Shown here piece by piece: positions 39,990 to 52,130 of a stretch of 53,668 nucleotides of DNA (its first letter is position 1; each line of letters starts with the position of its first letter). A model generated the notes under the pieces. The model worked only from the letters and a program-made list of their open reading frames with translations. It searched no databases and was not told the origin of the DNA. The DNA is from Vicugna vicugna (taxonomy: Eukaryota): the NCBI GenBank assembly GCA_013265495.1, contig MU058387.1, positions 1,550,001 to 1,603,668 of the forward strand. The letters are read 5' to 3'. Both the position numbers and the translations under genes were made by a program.

Positions 39990-40350
39990 GGAAAGTAGGC
40001 TTGACGTTAGAGTAAACAATGTTAGCGGCATCTAAGAAGAAACCCCACAATTTCAATGATACGACACAAAACTGCATTTTTTGCTCACGTGGTAATTGGA
40101 TGTGGGTTTGGTGGTTCTCTTCATCTTGTAACTCTACAGTCTGAATGTGTGGCTTCTAAGATTGTCTCAGAAGGACAAAAGAGGACTGTAGGATCACATT
40201 TAATGTTTTTAATGGCCAACACTGAAAGTGCCTTGCATTACCTCCATATGTATCCCTTTGGCTAAAATGTGTGACCTGGTGCCCATCTAACTGCAAAGGA
40301 GGCTGGGAAACATACAGATTTTTGATGAATAGTAAAATTAAATTCTGTCA
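39990..40350 (-). mobile_element. Old MaLR LTR remnant (MLT1K/L-like)
   Basis: 'ctgaaagtgccttgcattacctcc...ttggctaaaa...cccatctaactgcaaaggaggctgggaaa'. Confidence 0.55.
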
Positions 40351-42979
40351 CAGTGTATATATTTTGTTCCTCGCCTCTTCTGCCCAAAGTTCCATCCATC
40401 CACTGCCTCCAGCTCAAGGTCATGTCTCTCTGGGTGAAACATGGTCTTCTCCTGATTTGCATGTGGTTCTTTTTGGTGCAATGAATTATTGGCTAAAAAT
40501 ACTGATAGGTTATCCACACGTTTCTTATACACACACAGACATTGAGGGGTGGAGTAGGAACAGGATAACTATAATGACATCACAAAATTAGATCTAGGAA
40601 GAAAAACAGGCACATAATCGTCATTGCATCATGGTTATGTGAAAAACATATAGGGCAGAAACATATAGAATGTTTTTCATCCAGACCAGTGGGGTAAGCT
40701 TTATTATGGTTTGATTCTTTCAGTGATAACCTCTTTGAATGTGCTCCCAGGTACCTTCCTTCATGTGACATAGTGTTGTTTCTATTGCAGATGCCTTTTT
40801 GCTCAAGAAAGATATTTCTCCCCAACCAGTTATATGACATATATTGAATGACCAAGCTTCATAGTTAGTGTAAATAAAGATGGCTTCCACAAAGTAGGGT
40901 GCCTCTTACATTCTTAAAAGCCCCTTACTTAATAATGGGCAGGGAGAATTATTCTGCTTTCAAGGATTTGAGGAATCACCTAATTGCCTTCTGAATAAAG
41001 GATTCCAGAACCATCCCATTCATAACATATTCACCTCTGAACAAGTTCTCTACTGGACACTCTCCAACACAGGATGCAACTTCATTTTTTTGAGTTTTAT
41101 TCCCAAGGTCTATCCACCAATGCCTACATCTTTCCTCAGTGTGGTCCAAGGCAATGGAGAACTTGAACAGAAGAGTTGCAACAACGGCCAAGAATGTCAC
41201 AGAGATTTTGGACGGAGTGAAGTGCAGTCACACTCTACTGGAGACGAGGCAGCTGAAGGCAGTGTCAAGACCATCATCGTGTATTGGTGAAATTACTCTT
41301 GGAAGGGCACTTAGAAAATTTTGTTGGAGGCTGACATACTGTCTTTCAATTCAGTAAGACCAATAAAGCAATTTTTTTAAGTGTTTAATTAGACCATTGT
41401 TTCATTGGTGTAACATCAGATGTAGTTGGTGGATTGAAATTAGGGTATGTGAAAAAAAATACGTATCTTTAAACACTAGAAGCCTATTAAGGCAGTTAAG
41501 ATTCTATTCCTGTGAATGGTGAGAAAACTGCAGTGAATTAAAGGAAGACAAATTGGCACCTTCAACCTAGCCTCACTCAGGGAGAGGGCATGGCTTGCAT
41601 GATTTAAATTTTTATTTATTTTCTCTCTGTCTTTCTTTGCCAAGCATATATAGTTGACTTCATGTAAGTTAAATGCACATAGAATGGAACTTCATCCAGA
41701 TTAGGCTGCCCTGGAATGATTGGTTACTTAGAGACAATTTTGAAACATACCATATTCCTGTGGACGCAAATACCATCCCATACCTTACGTCATCTTGCAG
41801 TTGCCTTCTGAACCACTGCAAAATTTCAGGAAATACGTTATATAAGGAATCAAGAAAAATTTATATAACATTTTATATATATATATTTTTTAATGCATAC
41901 ACATATACTGCTCACTATATTTAACCATAAGCACAACTGAATTGGAAAATGAGGATATAATGGCTCCACGGAAGAAAAGTGCTGTATAAATCAGAGGCTA
42001 TAAATGCACTACATATAAAAAGTCCTAGTGCAATTTTAAAATTTAATAACTTTGGATGAACCTATGGCAGAAGCAAACGGCAAGTATCATGTGAAAGCAT
42101 ATTTCATAGACTCTAACGCGAATATTTAATACCCTTTTACTCGGCGCTTACTGCGCTCTCAGAAAGTAACCCATTATTGGCCCATCACTTTTCATAAAAG
42201 CAATGGTCAGTGTGAAATTTACCTTCGTGTAGCTTTGTAGGGTTGTGTTTTTCCTGACCTTTGATGATGCCAATCTCTGCCAGTGCCTTCCTCCAGCCTA
42301 GTGCTGCTTTAGCTACTCTGGAATACTTGACAATTGTGGGCAATTTTATTTTCAGATCAATTTCCATGTTGACCAGTTTCTTGCCAGCTCATGCACCTGT
42401 TCCCATGGAAATGTATCCATCTGAACTTTGGTACAATTTCACTTTGCTCATCAGACTACACTATTAGTATATGTTGAGTGTCCACTACTAGAAACCATAA
42501 TGATAACAAAATTATCCCATTCTGAATTTTCATGAAGTTATTCTTTTTCCTGAAATTTACTTATTTACTTGTATTTAATTTTTTTCATTTTTCAGTTTAA
42601 TTAGGCAGAACTGGTACAATTTGACTGCACATATATAATACATTGTACGTAAATACATATATACAATTTATGGCATGTATTTTTTAAATTTACATATATG
42701 TACTATTCATTATTTCTAAGAAGAGTTTAGAGCTTTAGCTTTTTAAAGTTACATAGTTATCAAGGGACTATCAAGGGAATATTTTTCCTGAAATTTAAGC
42801 AGAAACGGGTATCTTCTTAATCAATACTCATAGCTTTCTGGTAATTCATCTAGAGCTCCGTTTTGCTTTGTTTTGTGCATTTTAGTTCATTTCACACTAA
42901 TCAGTCTAATTCCTGTGGCCAGAATAAATGCTGATTGTATACTTTTTTAGTCTCACATATGAGGGGTAAAGATTAAAAA

Positions 42980-43440
42980 TGTATTAGTAACAGAAAAGAA
43001 AAGAAAGATTTGTCTTTTGTCTTTCCATATAAACAACAGGAACATTAATAAAAAGCCTACTTTACAGAGATGTGGGTAGCAATAAGAGAGCAAACAAAAG
43101 TTGGTGAGGAACCAAGGGATTAGCAACAGAGGGAAGTAATCACTACCCCAAGGCTGAAGAGACAATGGAAGGAAATAGAATTACCAGAACCTGGTGAGAA
43201 TAGGCCATTTGGAAGATGGAGCTGTAATCATGTGAGAAGGTAGGCTCCTGCCAAAGATGTAACTTTGATGTAAGAAAGGAACAAGGAATAAATACTCTTC
43301 CTCTGTCTTTCTTTACCCTCCTATGTCATACTGATGCTTTTCATTGAAACCAGCCAGCAAGGATATCTGAGGAATGCAATCTATAGGGTTCATCCTCCTA
43401 TATAATAACCAAGACAGAGAACTGGGCAAAACAGAGGCTT
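42980..43440 (-). mobile_element. Ancient ERVL-class LTR remnant
   Basis: 'aaccaagggattagcaacagagggaagtaatcactaccccaaggctgaag...ttaccagaacctgg' resembles old ERVL LTRs. Subfamily not determined. Confidence 0.5.
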
Positions 43441-44860
43441 ACCTGGCAACAACAGGGGCTCCAAGGGTTATCTCTTCATCAGGGGAGTCCTCACATCCAC
43501 TGTTATTTAGGACCTTTCTCTCCTAGTTGGCCATTATCTGGTGCTCACAAAACCTGAACAACACTATGCTTTCTCAGACTGATCCAGGGTTAAAATGAGG
43601 CTCATTAAAGTAGAACATTTGTTAGCCCTGTTCAAATAAGAACATTTAACGTGCTTTGTGTAAATGAAGCTTTGTCTGGTGATACTCTACTCACCCTATT
43701 CCTTTTCAAACATTTACTAATGAAGTGTCCGTTGCAGCCTCTCCCTTGGTAGAGGGTCTACTTCTTCCTGGGTAACATCTCCAAGGCCATCAGTAACAGC
43801 CATGGGATGTTCTCATAGGGCCTCTAATCTCTTAAGAATTTTAAGTTCCTTGGATCATTAAAGGTTAGTTCCCATGGCCAGTCAATGATCAGTCACGACA
43901 CTTCTTGACAATGACTGGCTATGCCACCCCAAGCAAGTATCTCCCACCCCCAGGGTGAGCCAATGGTCATAACCAGAGGTAAATTACAGCTGTACAATAT
44001 GGCATAATCAGTTGGCACAAGCTACCACCTCATACTTTATCAAAATGAACTAAAACCAGGTATAGCCAGTTTCTAAAAAAGCTTTTGAGGAAGTCACTTT
44101 CTATATATACAGTCAATTCTTGGGAAAAGTAACCCTTAACTCTTGTCTCTCTGTGCTCTTCTTATTTTTTTGGATGTTTATCTTAAAAATGTTTAGATTA
44201 ACTTTTTTAAAAAGTTTATAATATTTATATTTAAACCAGTCTTATTATTTTATCAATGTTTTATTATAAATGTACAAAGCAATTATATTTATAATGTTAT
44301 AAAAGATTAAATATTATGTAATACTACAGTAATTATAAGCTTATAATAATCACATGAGACTACTTATGTACCTTCCACAGATTCATGACTTAAGGATGAA
44401 TTTTAGCTAGTGGCTAAAACCTCTCACAGCAATTAACTGGAAAAATAACTTAGGTCAGCAAAGTTAATATTCTATTGTCATTTACTTCTGGATCATTATT
44501 TTCTGTCTGTCAGTAATGGTGTAGCTGAATTGCAACACTGTGTATGTTTTACCGTTGTATTCAGTACTTTTATAAATTTACCGTCATTCAAAAGGCTAAA
44601 CGTTTCTTCAGGAATTACCCTTTGAAATAGGATTATACACGTAGCTTGAGCGTATGAATCTAATAGTAGTCGTTACCCATTTCGGGATACCTCGTACATG
44701 GCAGTTGGTAGGGATTGTGAAAATGCCTGTACTTTTTCTTCATATAATTGGATGTGGTTATGTCCATTTATTTCAGGATGATTTTTCCATCCAAAAACTT
44801 TAAGTTGAACATTGTATAGTTTTAGGATTTATGTAAAGTGAACATCCATATCTCTGTTTT

Positions 44861-46490
44861 CATTCTTTCATTCAATAAATATTTATTGAGTTGGTGTGTT
44901 TCAATTTATGTGGACCACAGAGGTTTTCTGTAACACAGAACTTTCAGTCAAACTGGACAAGTTTCAGGCAACCTGGAATGAGCTGATCACCCTATGCACC
45001 TATTATGTGCCGTCTAGAAGAAAAGTCCTATTCTTGAAGGGCCATGTGCTAGTGGAAGGAGACAATAGTATGTTGGATTATGATAGATGCTAATTAATAA
45101 TATAATAGTTATGGAAATTTGTTTCCAATTTGAGTTTGGGTGACCAGAAAGGATTCATTGAGAAGGAGAAATTAAAGTCAAGTCATTAAGGAAGTGAAAT
45201 AACATCCTATCTGGGGAAAGAGATAAGAGATCAAAAACACAGTAAGCCTGCATATCTGAGGTGAAGATATGAATGATGAGTTCTAAGAACAGCAAAGAAG
45301 GTAACCTGGCATCACTCAAGTGACTGAGGAGATAAGGTCAGAGATGAGGTCACCCAGAGATGAGGTCAGAAAAGTGATGAAGCCAAAAAAGTATTTGAAC
45401 AAATGGATTGCTGTAAGGACTCAGGCTTTGGAAACTTACAAGCAGAGATATTGTATATTTTCACTTGCATTTAAAAAGTATTGCCCTGTATAATATGGAA
45501 AAGGGGCACAAAAATCTGTTAGGAGACTCCTGCAATAAAACAAAGAAATAATGACCTGAACCAGAGAGGTAAATGTAGAGGTGATGGAGATTATTAGTCA
45601 GATCTTGGACATATCCTAAAGGTAGAGTGGACAGCACTTCCTAATGAATTGCACTTGATCTACGGAGAAAATAGAATATTGAAACAGGACTCTAATATTT
45701 TGACCTAAGCAACTGAAAGAATTGAGTTTCTTGTTACCAAGTTGGGGAAAACTGATTGGAATTACAGCTAGAGGGAGTGAGGGAGATCAGAAGTTCAATT
45801 TCGGGCATACTGTATTTGCAGTTTCTACTAGACTTCCAAGTGGATATGTTGAATAGGCAGGTGGCTATGCAAGTTTGGAGTTGAGGGGAAAGAGATGAGC
45901 TTATTAGTGTTTAAGGCCATGAGGTCAAGGGAGCACAGACATAAAAGAAAAGAGACACAAGACTGAAACCTGGAGCACTCCAAGTTTTATAGATCTAGGG
46001 GAAAAAAAATAGAAAAATAGGAGGAAATCTAGGAGCACATATGGTCCTGGAAGTTAAGGAAGCATTTTAAGGAGGAAAGAGTGGTCAGTTTTATTGCATG
46101 TTGCTTATAGGTGGGGCAAGGGAAGAACTAAAGACGGCTTCATAATGGGCAGGTAGTCTCAGAGATGAGGAGGTCATTGGGGAATTTGAAAAGAGAAGTT
46201 TCAGTGGAAAAGCCTGACTGAAGTGAGTTCAAAAGAGAATAGGGGACAATACTGAAGAGAGTGAGTATGCATAAAACTCTTAGGGAGTTTTGCTGAAAAA
46301 GGAAAGAGACAATGGAGTCAGAAGCTTGATGAAGAAGTATGATGAAGACAGAAGAGTTTTTAAGATGGGAGAAACAATAGCATATATATATATATATATA
46401 TGTTTCTTAGAAAGACCAAGAGAAAAGTTGTGGAAGAAGCAAAGAAAAGGGAAAGCCCTAAACAAAATCTTTAAGTAAGACAGAAAGCCT
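44861..46490 (-). mobile_element. Long L2 fragment (3' tail and ORF2 region)
   Basis: Tail 'cattctttcattcaataaatatttattgag', then purine-rich antisense L2 motifs ('gatcagaagttcaatttcgggcat', 'ccaagtggatatgttgaataggcag', 'aagcctgactgaagtgagttcaaaagagaat'). Confidence 0.85.
44891..44993. mobile_element. MER81-like hAT-Blackjack MITE inserted in L2
   Basis: 'gaggttttctgtaacacagaactttcagtcaaactggacaagtttcaggcaacctggaatgagctgatcacccta' ends in the Blackjack TIR and splits the L2 motif ttattgag|tgcacctattatgtgcc. Confidence 0.65.
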
Positions 46491-46502
46491 AAGAGTCAGG
46501 GC

Positions 46503-46975
46503 AGTATGCTAGTCACTGTTCTTGGAAGCAAATTGCAGAATCTACTCTAGGTTAAGACAAGACGGATTTACAAGAGATATAAGGACACTCACAGAATCTC
46601 TAGGCAGTAGAGCAGAAACAACGCCCGAATTATAACCAAAGACTTCCCTCATTAGATACTTCAATGCCTCTGCTCCAACCACTGTGCTGGGACTTGGATG
46701 TAATGTCTGGAAACTTGGCCGCTGTCACCTCCAAACTGCCTCTGCCACCACCCTTGTCAGAAGGGAATCTGCAGTGCCTGATTCACTGTTTGAAGAACAA
46801 TCGGATTGCGTGAGTTTATGTCACATACAGGTTAAATAGCTGGAGAAAACATAAGAGACATGCATTTGTCTTCTGATTTAGAGAGATGTAGACTACCATG
46901 TGGAAAATTCCCCAAATATAGGAAAGATGCTCAAAAATATCAAGTGGTCAAAAAGACATTGCAAATGTCTGTTCT
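46503..46975 (-). mobile_element. Old MaLR LTR remnant
   Basis: 'tagtcactgttcttggaagcaaattgcagaatctactctagg...ctcacagaatc' resembles the antisense start of late MLT1 subfamilies. Confidence 0.4.
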
Positions 46976-47297
46976 AGTGTGGTTCTCATATTTCAAAGCT
47001 TAACCATTCCTTGAATTTTTGAATAGGACCAAAAGAGTTTAAAACACATTCATATAAAACATATACATTCATAAAAATGGGTTGGCCAGCATTTCATTTT
47101 AAGTCGTTAATCTGTCCCTCCTTCCCCTCACTTTACATGTATGTACGTATATATACACATAATTTTTTTATCTATGTCTGTATATGCAAATACAGACACA
47201 TATGCACACACATAAATACATATTTCCTTATCTTCATAAGGCATGAAATAGAATCCACACTCATGCATGGATGAATGACAAAGACCTTAGTAAAGTT

Positions 47298-47812
47298 TGG
47301 TGGGAAGCCCCATACAAGAAACTGGCATGATCCCCAAGCAGGGCCACTACTCTCCTGCCAGCACCATTGGTTCTCTGGCCCAGCGGCTTTTTCTCACATT
47401 TTGCCTCTGAAACGGCTTACTTCTAGGAAAGTGGAACTTACCCCTAAGATTGTATTGGCTCCCTGAGCTCACTCCTGATTGGTCCACTTTCCTCACTCTT
47501 GATTGGTCCATTTCCCTCCCTCCTGATTGGTCCATTTCTACAAAGCTTGTTCCTAATTAGTCAACTTTTGTTATACCTTATTTGCATATGATGTTGCAAA
47601 GTGTAAACTGGCAGCCTATAAATGCCTGTGTAAACCTACAGATGGGGTCCAGAGCTTAGGGTGTTAACTCCTCTGGGCCCACTGGCACAATAAACCTGAG
47701 TTCTCCAACTCTCCGAGTGCTGCTTGGTCTCTCGCCCGGATCCAGGTTGCTGTCACAACTGAGCTGTAACACCGAGCTGTAACACTGAGCTGTAACACAC
47801 TTTTCTACAACA
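47298..47812 (+). mobile_element. Young ERV solo LTR (515 bp)
   Basis: TG...CA termini with 5-bp TSD aagtt (47293-47297 and 47813-47817). Three 24-bp CCAAT-containing repeats, TATAAAT at 47617, AATAAA at 47689 and three 13-bp repeats at 47760-47798. Confidence 0.9.
47468..47623 (+). promoter_or_regulatory. LTR U3 promoter: three inverted CCAAT boxes, octamer and TATA
   Basis: tgattggtcca x3 within 47468-47539, ATTTGCAT at 47580-47587 and TATAAAT at 47617-47623. Activity not demonstrated. Confidence 0.6.
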
Positions 47813-48997
47813 AAGTTGTATCTTGTCATTCTACATTAACAGACTTTAAGGCAATTTTGACTCAACGTGTACTATGTAAAACATATTTTCAGATTCAATG
47901 TTTGTTCTTGTTTGGTTATCTTATCTCTGAATGATGATTCTTATTCTGGAACAATTGGAAGAATCTCTAGTCATGGGAGATGGCTTACAAAAAATATATA
48001 CATATTAAAAAGACTTTTTAAGCCTGCATTGCAACCTAAGCAATACTAAATAGCACATTATTTTACTCAGTATTCACTCAACATGAAATTCCTTATTTCA
48101 ACTTTGTTTCTATTTAAAATCTCCACACCAGCAACTGAATTAATATATTTGCATAATTGAATGTCTCTCTTTGGGATAATAAAACCTTATGTTTTATGTA
48201 TTCAAACTTTTAAGGAGCCATCTCTTATTTTTTCCCTCCTAACCTAAAATAAAACTAATTAGAATACAAGTGTACTTTTTGGTGGAATATTTAACATGAT
48301 TTGAGCAGGGGATTTAACAGATTCTCAAATAAAATTTTGAAGAGTCAATACAGTATATCATTCTGGATTCTGACTTCATTGTTAATGACCTTTCTTTTGT
48401 GGATAAATTTGCCGAACAGTTTCAATTAACGCAAACATTTCTGCACAGAAGCTTTTGGACATTGCATGATCAAAGGAGTCATGTTAGCTTTGTAAACCCC
48501 TTCCATGCACACATTCTGGCATTAAACTGGAGCAAGGTTTAGCTACTCTTATAACCAGTCTCCAGTAAGGTAATCTGTGTGCCCAAAGACAAACCAAAAC
48601 CCACTGTCCCCCTTCTTCTTGGGGTCCTTAGAGTTTACACAGTAGCTATGATTCCACCCTGAGCAGGATTAGTGAATTACTCTGGGAAAAAGCCTAGAAC
48701 AGCAAAGACAACTTGTCACTCCCAAAATTCATTAAGGGAGATAAATCTCCCCAGAACAGTCTCCCAAGTGAGGATAGGTCTAGGATGATAAAATATGGAA
48801 TTTAGAAAATGAGAAGTTTTCTAGTGTCAGTTGGCAGAGAAGGGAAATTAGGAAAGATTAGGAGGGCCAGTAATCACTCAGAACTCTGAAGATTACAGAG
48901 TCTACAAAATTGTGGGGATACGTTTGCCAGATTTTTTTTTTCTGTATCAAAGTGATAGAAAGTTTCCTACCATCCCCATTTTTTTTCTAATTCCAGC

Positions 48998-48998
<1 letters not shown>

Positions 48999-49033
<35 letters not shown>

Positions 49034-49043
49034 ACACACACAT
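48999..49043. repeat. (CA)n microsatellite
   Basis: Read directly from the sequence. Confidence 0.95.
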
Positions 49044-49284
49044 ATACAACATACTTCATAGATTTATCCATTGACATATTATATATAATTATAAATGTGT
49101 TCCAAGAGATTTAAAGGACCCGAGCAGCCAACAGTAAAGGTTGACTACTATTTGGTGTAAGTAGTAAATGATTCTTATCAGATTGCTTTTGTTTGTTCAT
49201 TTTTACCATATTTATTTCTAATGGGGTTCAGAAAACTGTTAGGGACTTTGTAGGGCCTTAGGAATGCCAAATGAAAAAAAGCTG

Positions 49285-49490
49285 AGGTTCTTTAGGTTCA
49301 GAATTTTCATGTATGAATCATGACTCCACTAGTCCTTATTTAGGCAAAAACTTAATCTCATGTGTCTGAAATTTCTTATCTGAAAAATTAGGAATAATGA
49401 TATCTTACCTAAAGAGTGGGCAAAAGATAAAATTAGGTCACGTATGTAAGCAAGGTAACTGGAATGTAATAGAGGCCAAATAAAAAGTTA
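49285..49490 (+). mobile_element. MIR SINE remnant
   Basis: 'ttaggcaaaaacttaatctcatgtgtctgaaatttcttatctgaaaaattaggaataatgatatcttacct'. Confidence 0.7.
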
Positions 49491-49784
49491 AATAATCTTT
49501 CATTCAGTATGTTCTCCAGATGTGAAAATTGTGGGTATGAGACACGTAAAGAAAATATTTAATCACAGTATGAAAATTCCTAGTATGTTATGGAAGAAGA
49601 AAGACTGCACAAAATAAGAATGACCATTTTCCCTGGGGAGAACTTTTGACATACAACAAAAGTTCATCTGAAGTTTCTAAATGAAAGATAACCACCTCAC
49701 ATCTATATTTTTAGTTTATTTTCAGAGAAAGTTTAGACAGAATTTGGTGTAGTCAAAGAATAAGACAGGAGAGAGAGTTGTAAG

Positions 49785-50902
49785 TATAATAGAAATGCTA
49801 GGAAACTTTCACACACCACTGACATCAATGGACTAATCTTCCAGACAGAAAATCAATAAAGCAACAGAGATCCTAAATGACACAATAGAACAGTAGACTT
49901 AATTAATATTTTCAGGATATTTCAATCCAAAAAACAAACAAACAAAAACCAGAATATACATTCTTTTCAAGTGCATGTGGAAGAGTCTCTAGGACTGACC
50001 ACATACGAGGACACAAAACAAGCTCAAAAAATTTCAGAGGATAGAAATTATTTCAAGCATCTTTTCTGACCACAACAGCATAAATGCTTAAATCAACCCT
50101 AGAAAGAGAAATGAGAAAAAAATAATTACATGGAAACTAAACAACATGCTACAAAAAAACAGTGAGTCAACAATGAAATTAGAGAGGAAACTAAAAACTA
50201 ATTTGAGACAAATGACAATGAAAACACAATCACACAAAGTCTATAGGATGCAGCAAAAGCAGTCCTGAGAGAAAAGTTCATAGTGATGCAGGCCTTCCTC
50301 AGAAAACAAGAGTAATCTCAAATAAACAACCTAATCTACCACTAAAATAATTAGAAAAAGAACAAGCAAAACCTAAAGTTAGTAGAAGGAAGGAAATAAT
50401 AAAGATCAGAGAGGAAATAAATAAAATAGAGATTAAAAAAAAAGCAGTAGGAAAAAAAAATCACTAAAACCAAGAGCTGGTTCTTTGAAAGGATAAACAA
50501 AATCAACAAAGCTCTGGCAAGGTGCACCAAGAGAAAAAAAAGATCCAAATAAAAATAAGAAATGGAAGAGGAGAATTAGCAACCAATACCACAGACATCC
50601 AAAAAAAAATTTGTAATAGTCATATTATGAAAAATCATTTGCCAACAAACTGGACAACCAAGAAGAAATTGACATATTTCTAGAAACATACAGCCCACCA
50701 AAACTGAATAAAGAAGAAATAGATTATTCGAACAGACTGGTCACTGGAAGTGAAATAAAATTTTTAATTACAAAAAAAACTCCCTGCAAACAAAACTCCA
50801 GAACCAGATGGCTTCAATGAATTCTACCAAACATACAAAAAAGAACTTATATTGATCCTTCTCAAACTCTTACAAAATTGAAGAGGAGGGAATATTCCTA
50901 AT
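49785..50902 (+). mobile_element. LINE-1 ORF2 internal fragment (endonuclease region to just before RT)
   Basis: 'ccactgacatcaatggactaatcttccagacagaaaatcaataaagcaacag', 'ttttctgaccacaac', 'ggatgcagcaaaagcagtcctgagag', 'ccagatggcttca' and 'gatccttctcaaactctt'. Frameshifted. Confidence 0.95.
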
Positions 50903-51939
50903 TTTTTTAATAGACCCAGAGAACACCTGCGCACTGTCAGATGAGTCTACCACCTGAAATCCATTAAGCTCAGATCCATTCACCCTTAAACTCTCCTTGA
51001 TCACTGCCTGTTCAGAAGTGTTCTGCTCTTCTTTTCCATCACTTCCAATCTCCATAGAAACAGAGATCAGGAATGTCTTCCTATGCATGCTCTGAAGAAA
51101 AGGTGCTGGGGTAATCACACGAGCCAGCATGCATCAATGCACCACACAGACCCACAGCGAGCTCCTGTTTGATTCATGGAAGGGCATTGTCTATGTAACA
51201 TAAAGAAAGACCCTGAGTTACTTGGCAATGATGGCAGGTTAACACAGCCCGCTCTTCTGAGAGGCTATAGATAAGCCCTGGGCCAGCAATCACCCACAAA
51301 TGAGGATTCTGAAAAGGTGCCTATACCTGGTGAGGGCAGTTCTTTTAAGTAAAATGACCAGTAATTATGCTTGGGGTGTGGTTCCAGGAATGTCCACAAA
51401 TTTCACCACAGCGTACTATTCCTGGAGGACAGAACAGAAGCATCACAGAACATTTAATGGCAACAAAAGGCTGGTCTGCCAATGGAAGCGCTTCTCAGAT
51501 CCTCTTCAGAACTGTGATACAAATAGTCACTTTTCTCTTTGCAGATGTGCTTCTCCATTTGGAATTCAAAACTGATGCCACCACGTGGATTCTCGTAAGA
51601 GGGATTTGAAGATATTCTTTTATATTGTAAAAGATCCACCGGAACTGAAGCAATGCCACACAATCTGTCTCTTGGAATTTTGGGAAAGCCTGATGCACTT
51701 GCCTAAAAAAGTCAATGAAGTCTGACATTGACAGATAAGGATCACAATAATGAAATTAAAATCACAAGATGCTAGAAATAACTAGATTTATAAAATTAGA
51801 TTTTTTGGCATCCACTCTTCCAGTTTCCAGATGAGATAAATAAGGAAAATAAAGTTGGAAAATTAACCCTTTATATAGCACTGTCCATTATATTGCAAGA
51901 TGATACTGAAACGTGTTAATAGCCCTCTAGAACCAGTTT

Positions 51940-52130
51940 CAGCCTTCAGGCTTAACCATGCACTAACCCTATGGGGCCCTGGGCATGACTTAATTTATAG
52001 AGTTCTGTCAAAAAGAATCTGCTAACAAGAATATGAACTTCATAGGGTTAATGCAATTATTAAATGAGTGAATGCATACAAATACTTTAAAAATTCCAGG
52101 CACATTGAAAAAAACATTTGCTATTGATAT
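51940..52130 (+). mobile_element. MIR SINE remnant
   Basis: 'ctgggcatgacttaattt...cttcatagggtt...attaaatgagtgaatgcatacaaa...ggcacat'. Confidence 0.5.

Noticed and set aside
47468..47798. Short tandem repeats considered as a CRISPR-like array
   Set aside because: No spacers, located inside a retroviral LTR, and the DNA is mammalian.
50870..51730. Cluster of overlapping ORFs after the L1, considered as a processed pseudogene or endogenous viral element
   Set aside because: No recognisable homology, no poly-A or TSD, and no consistent frame.
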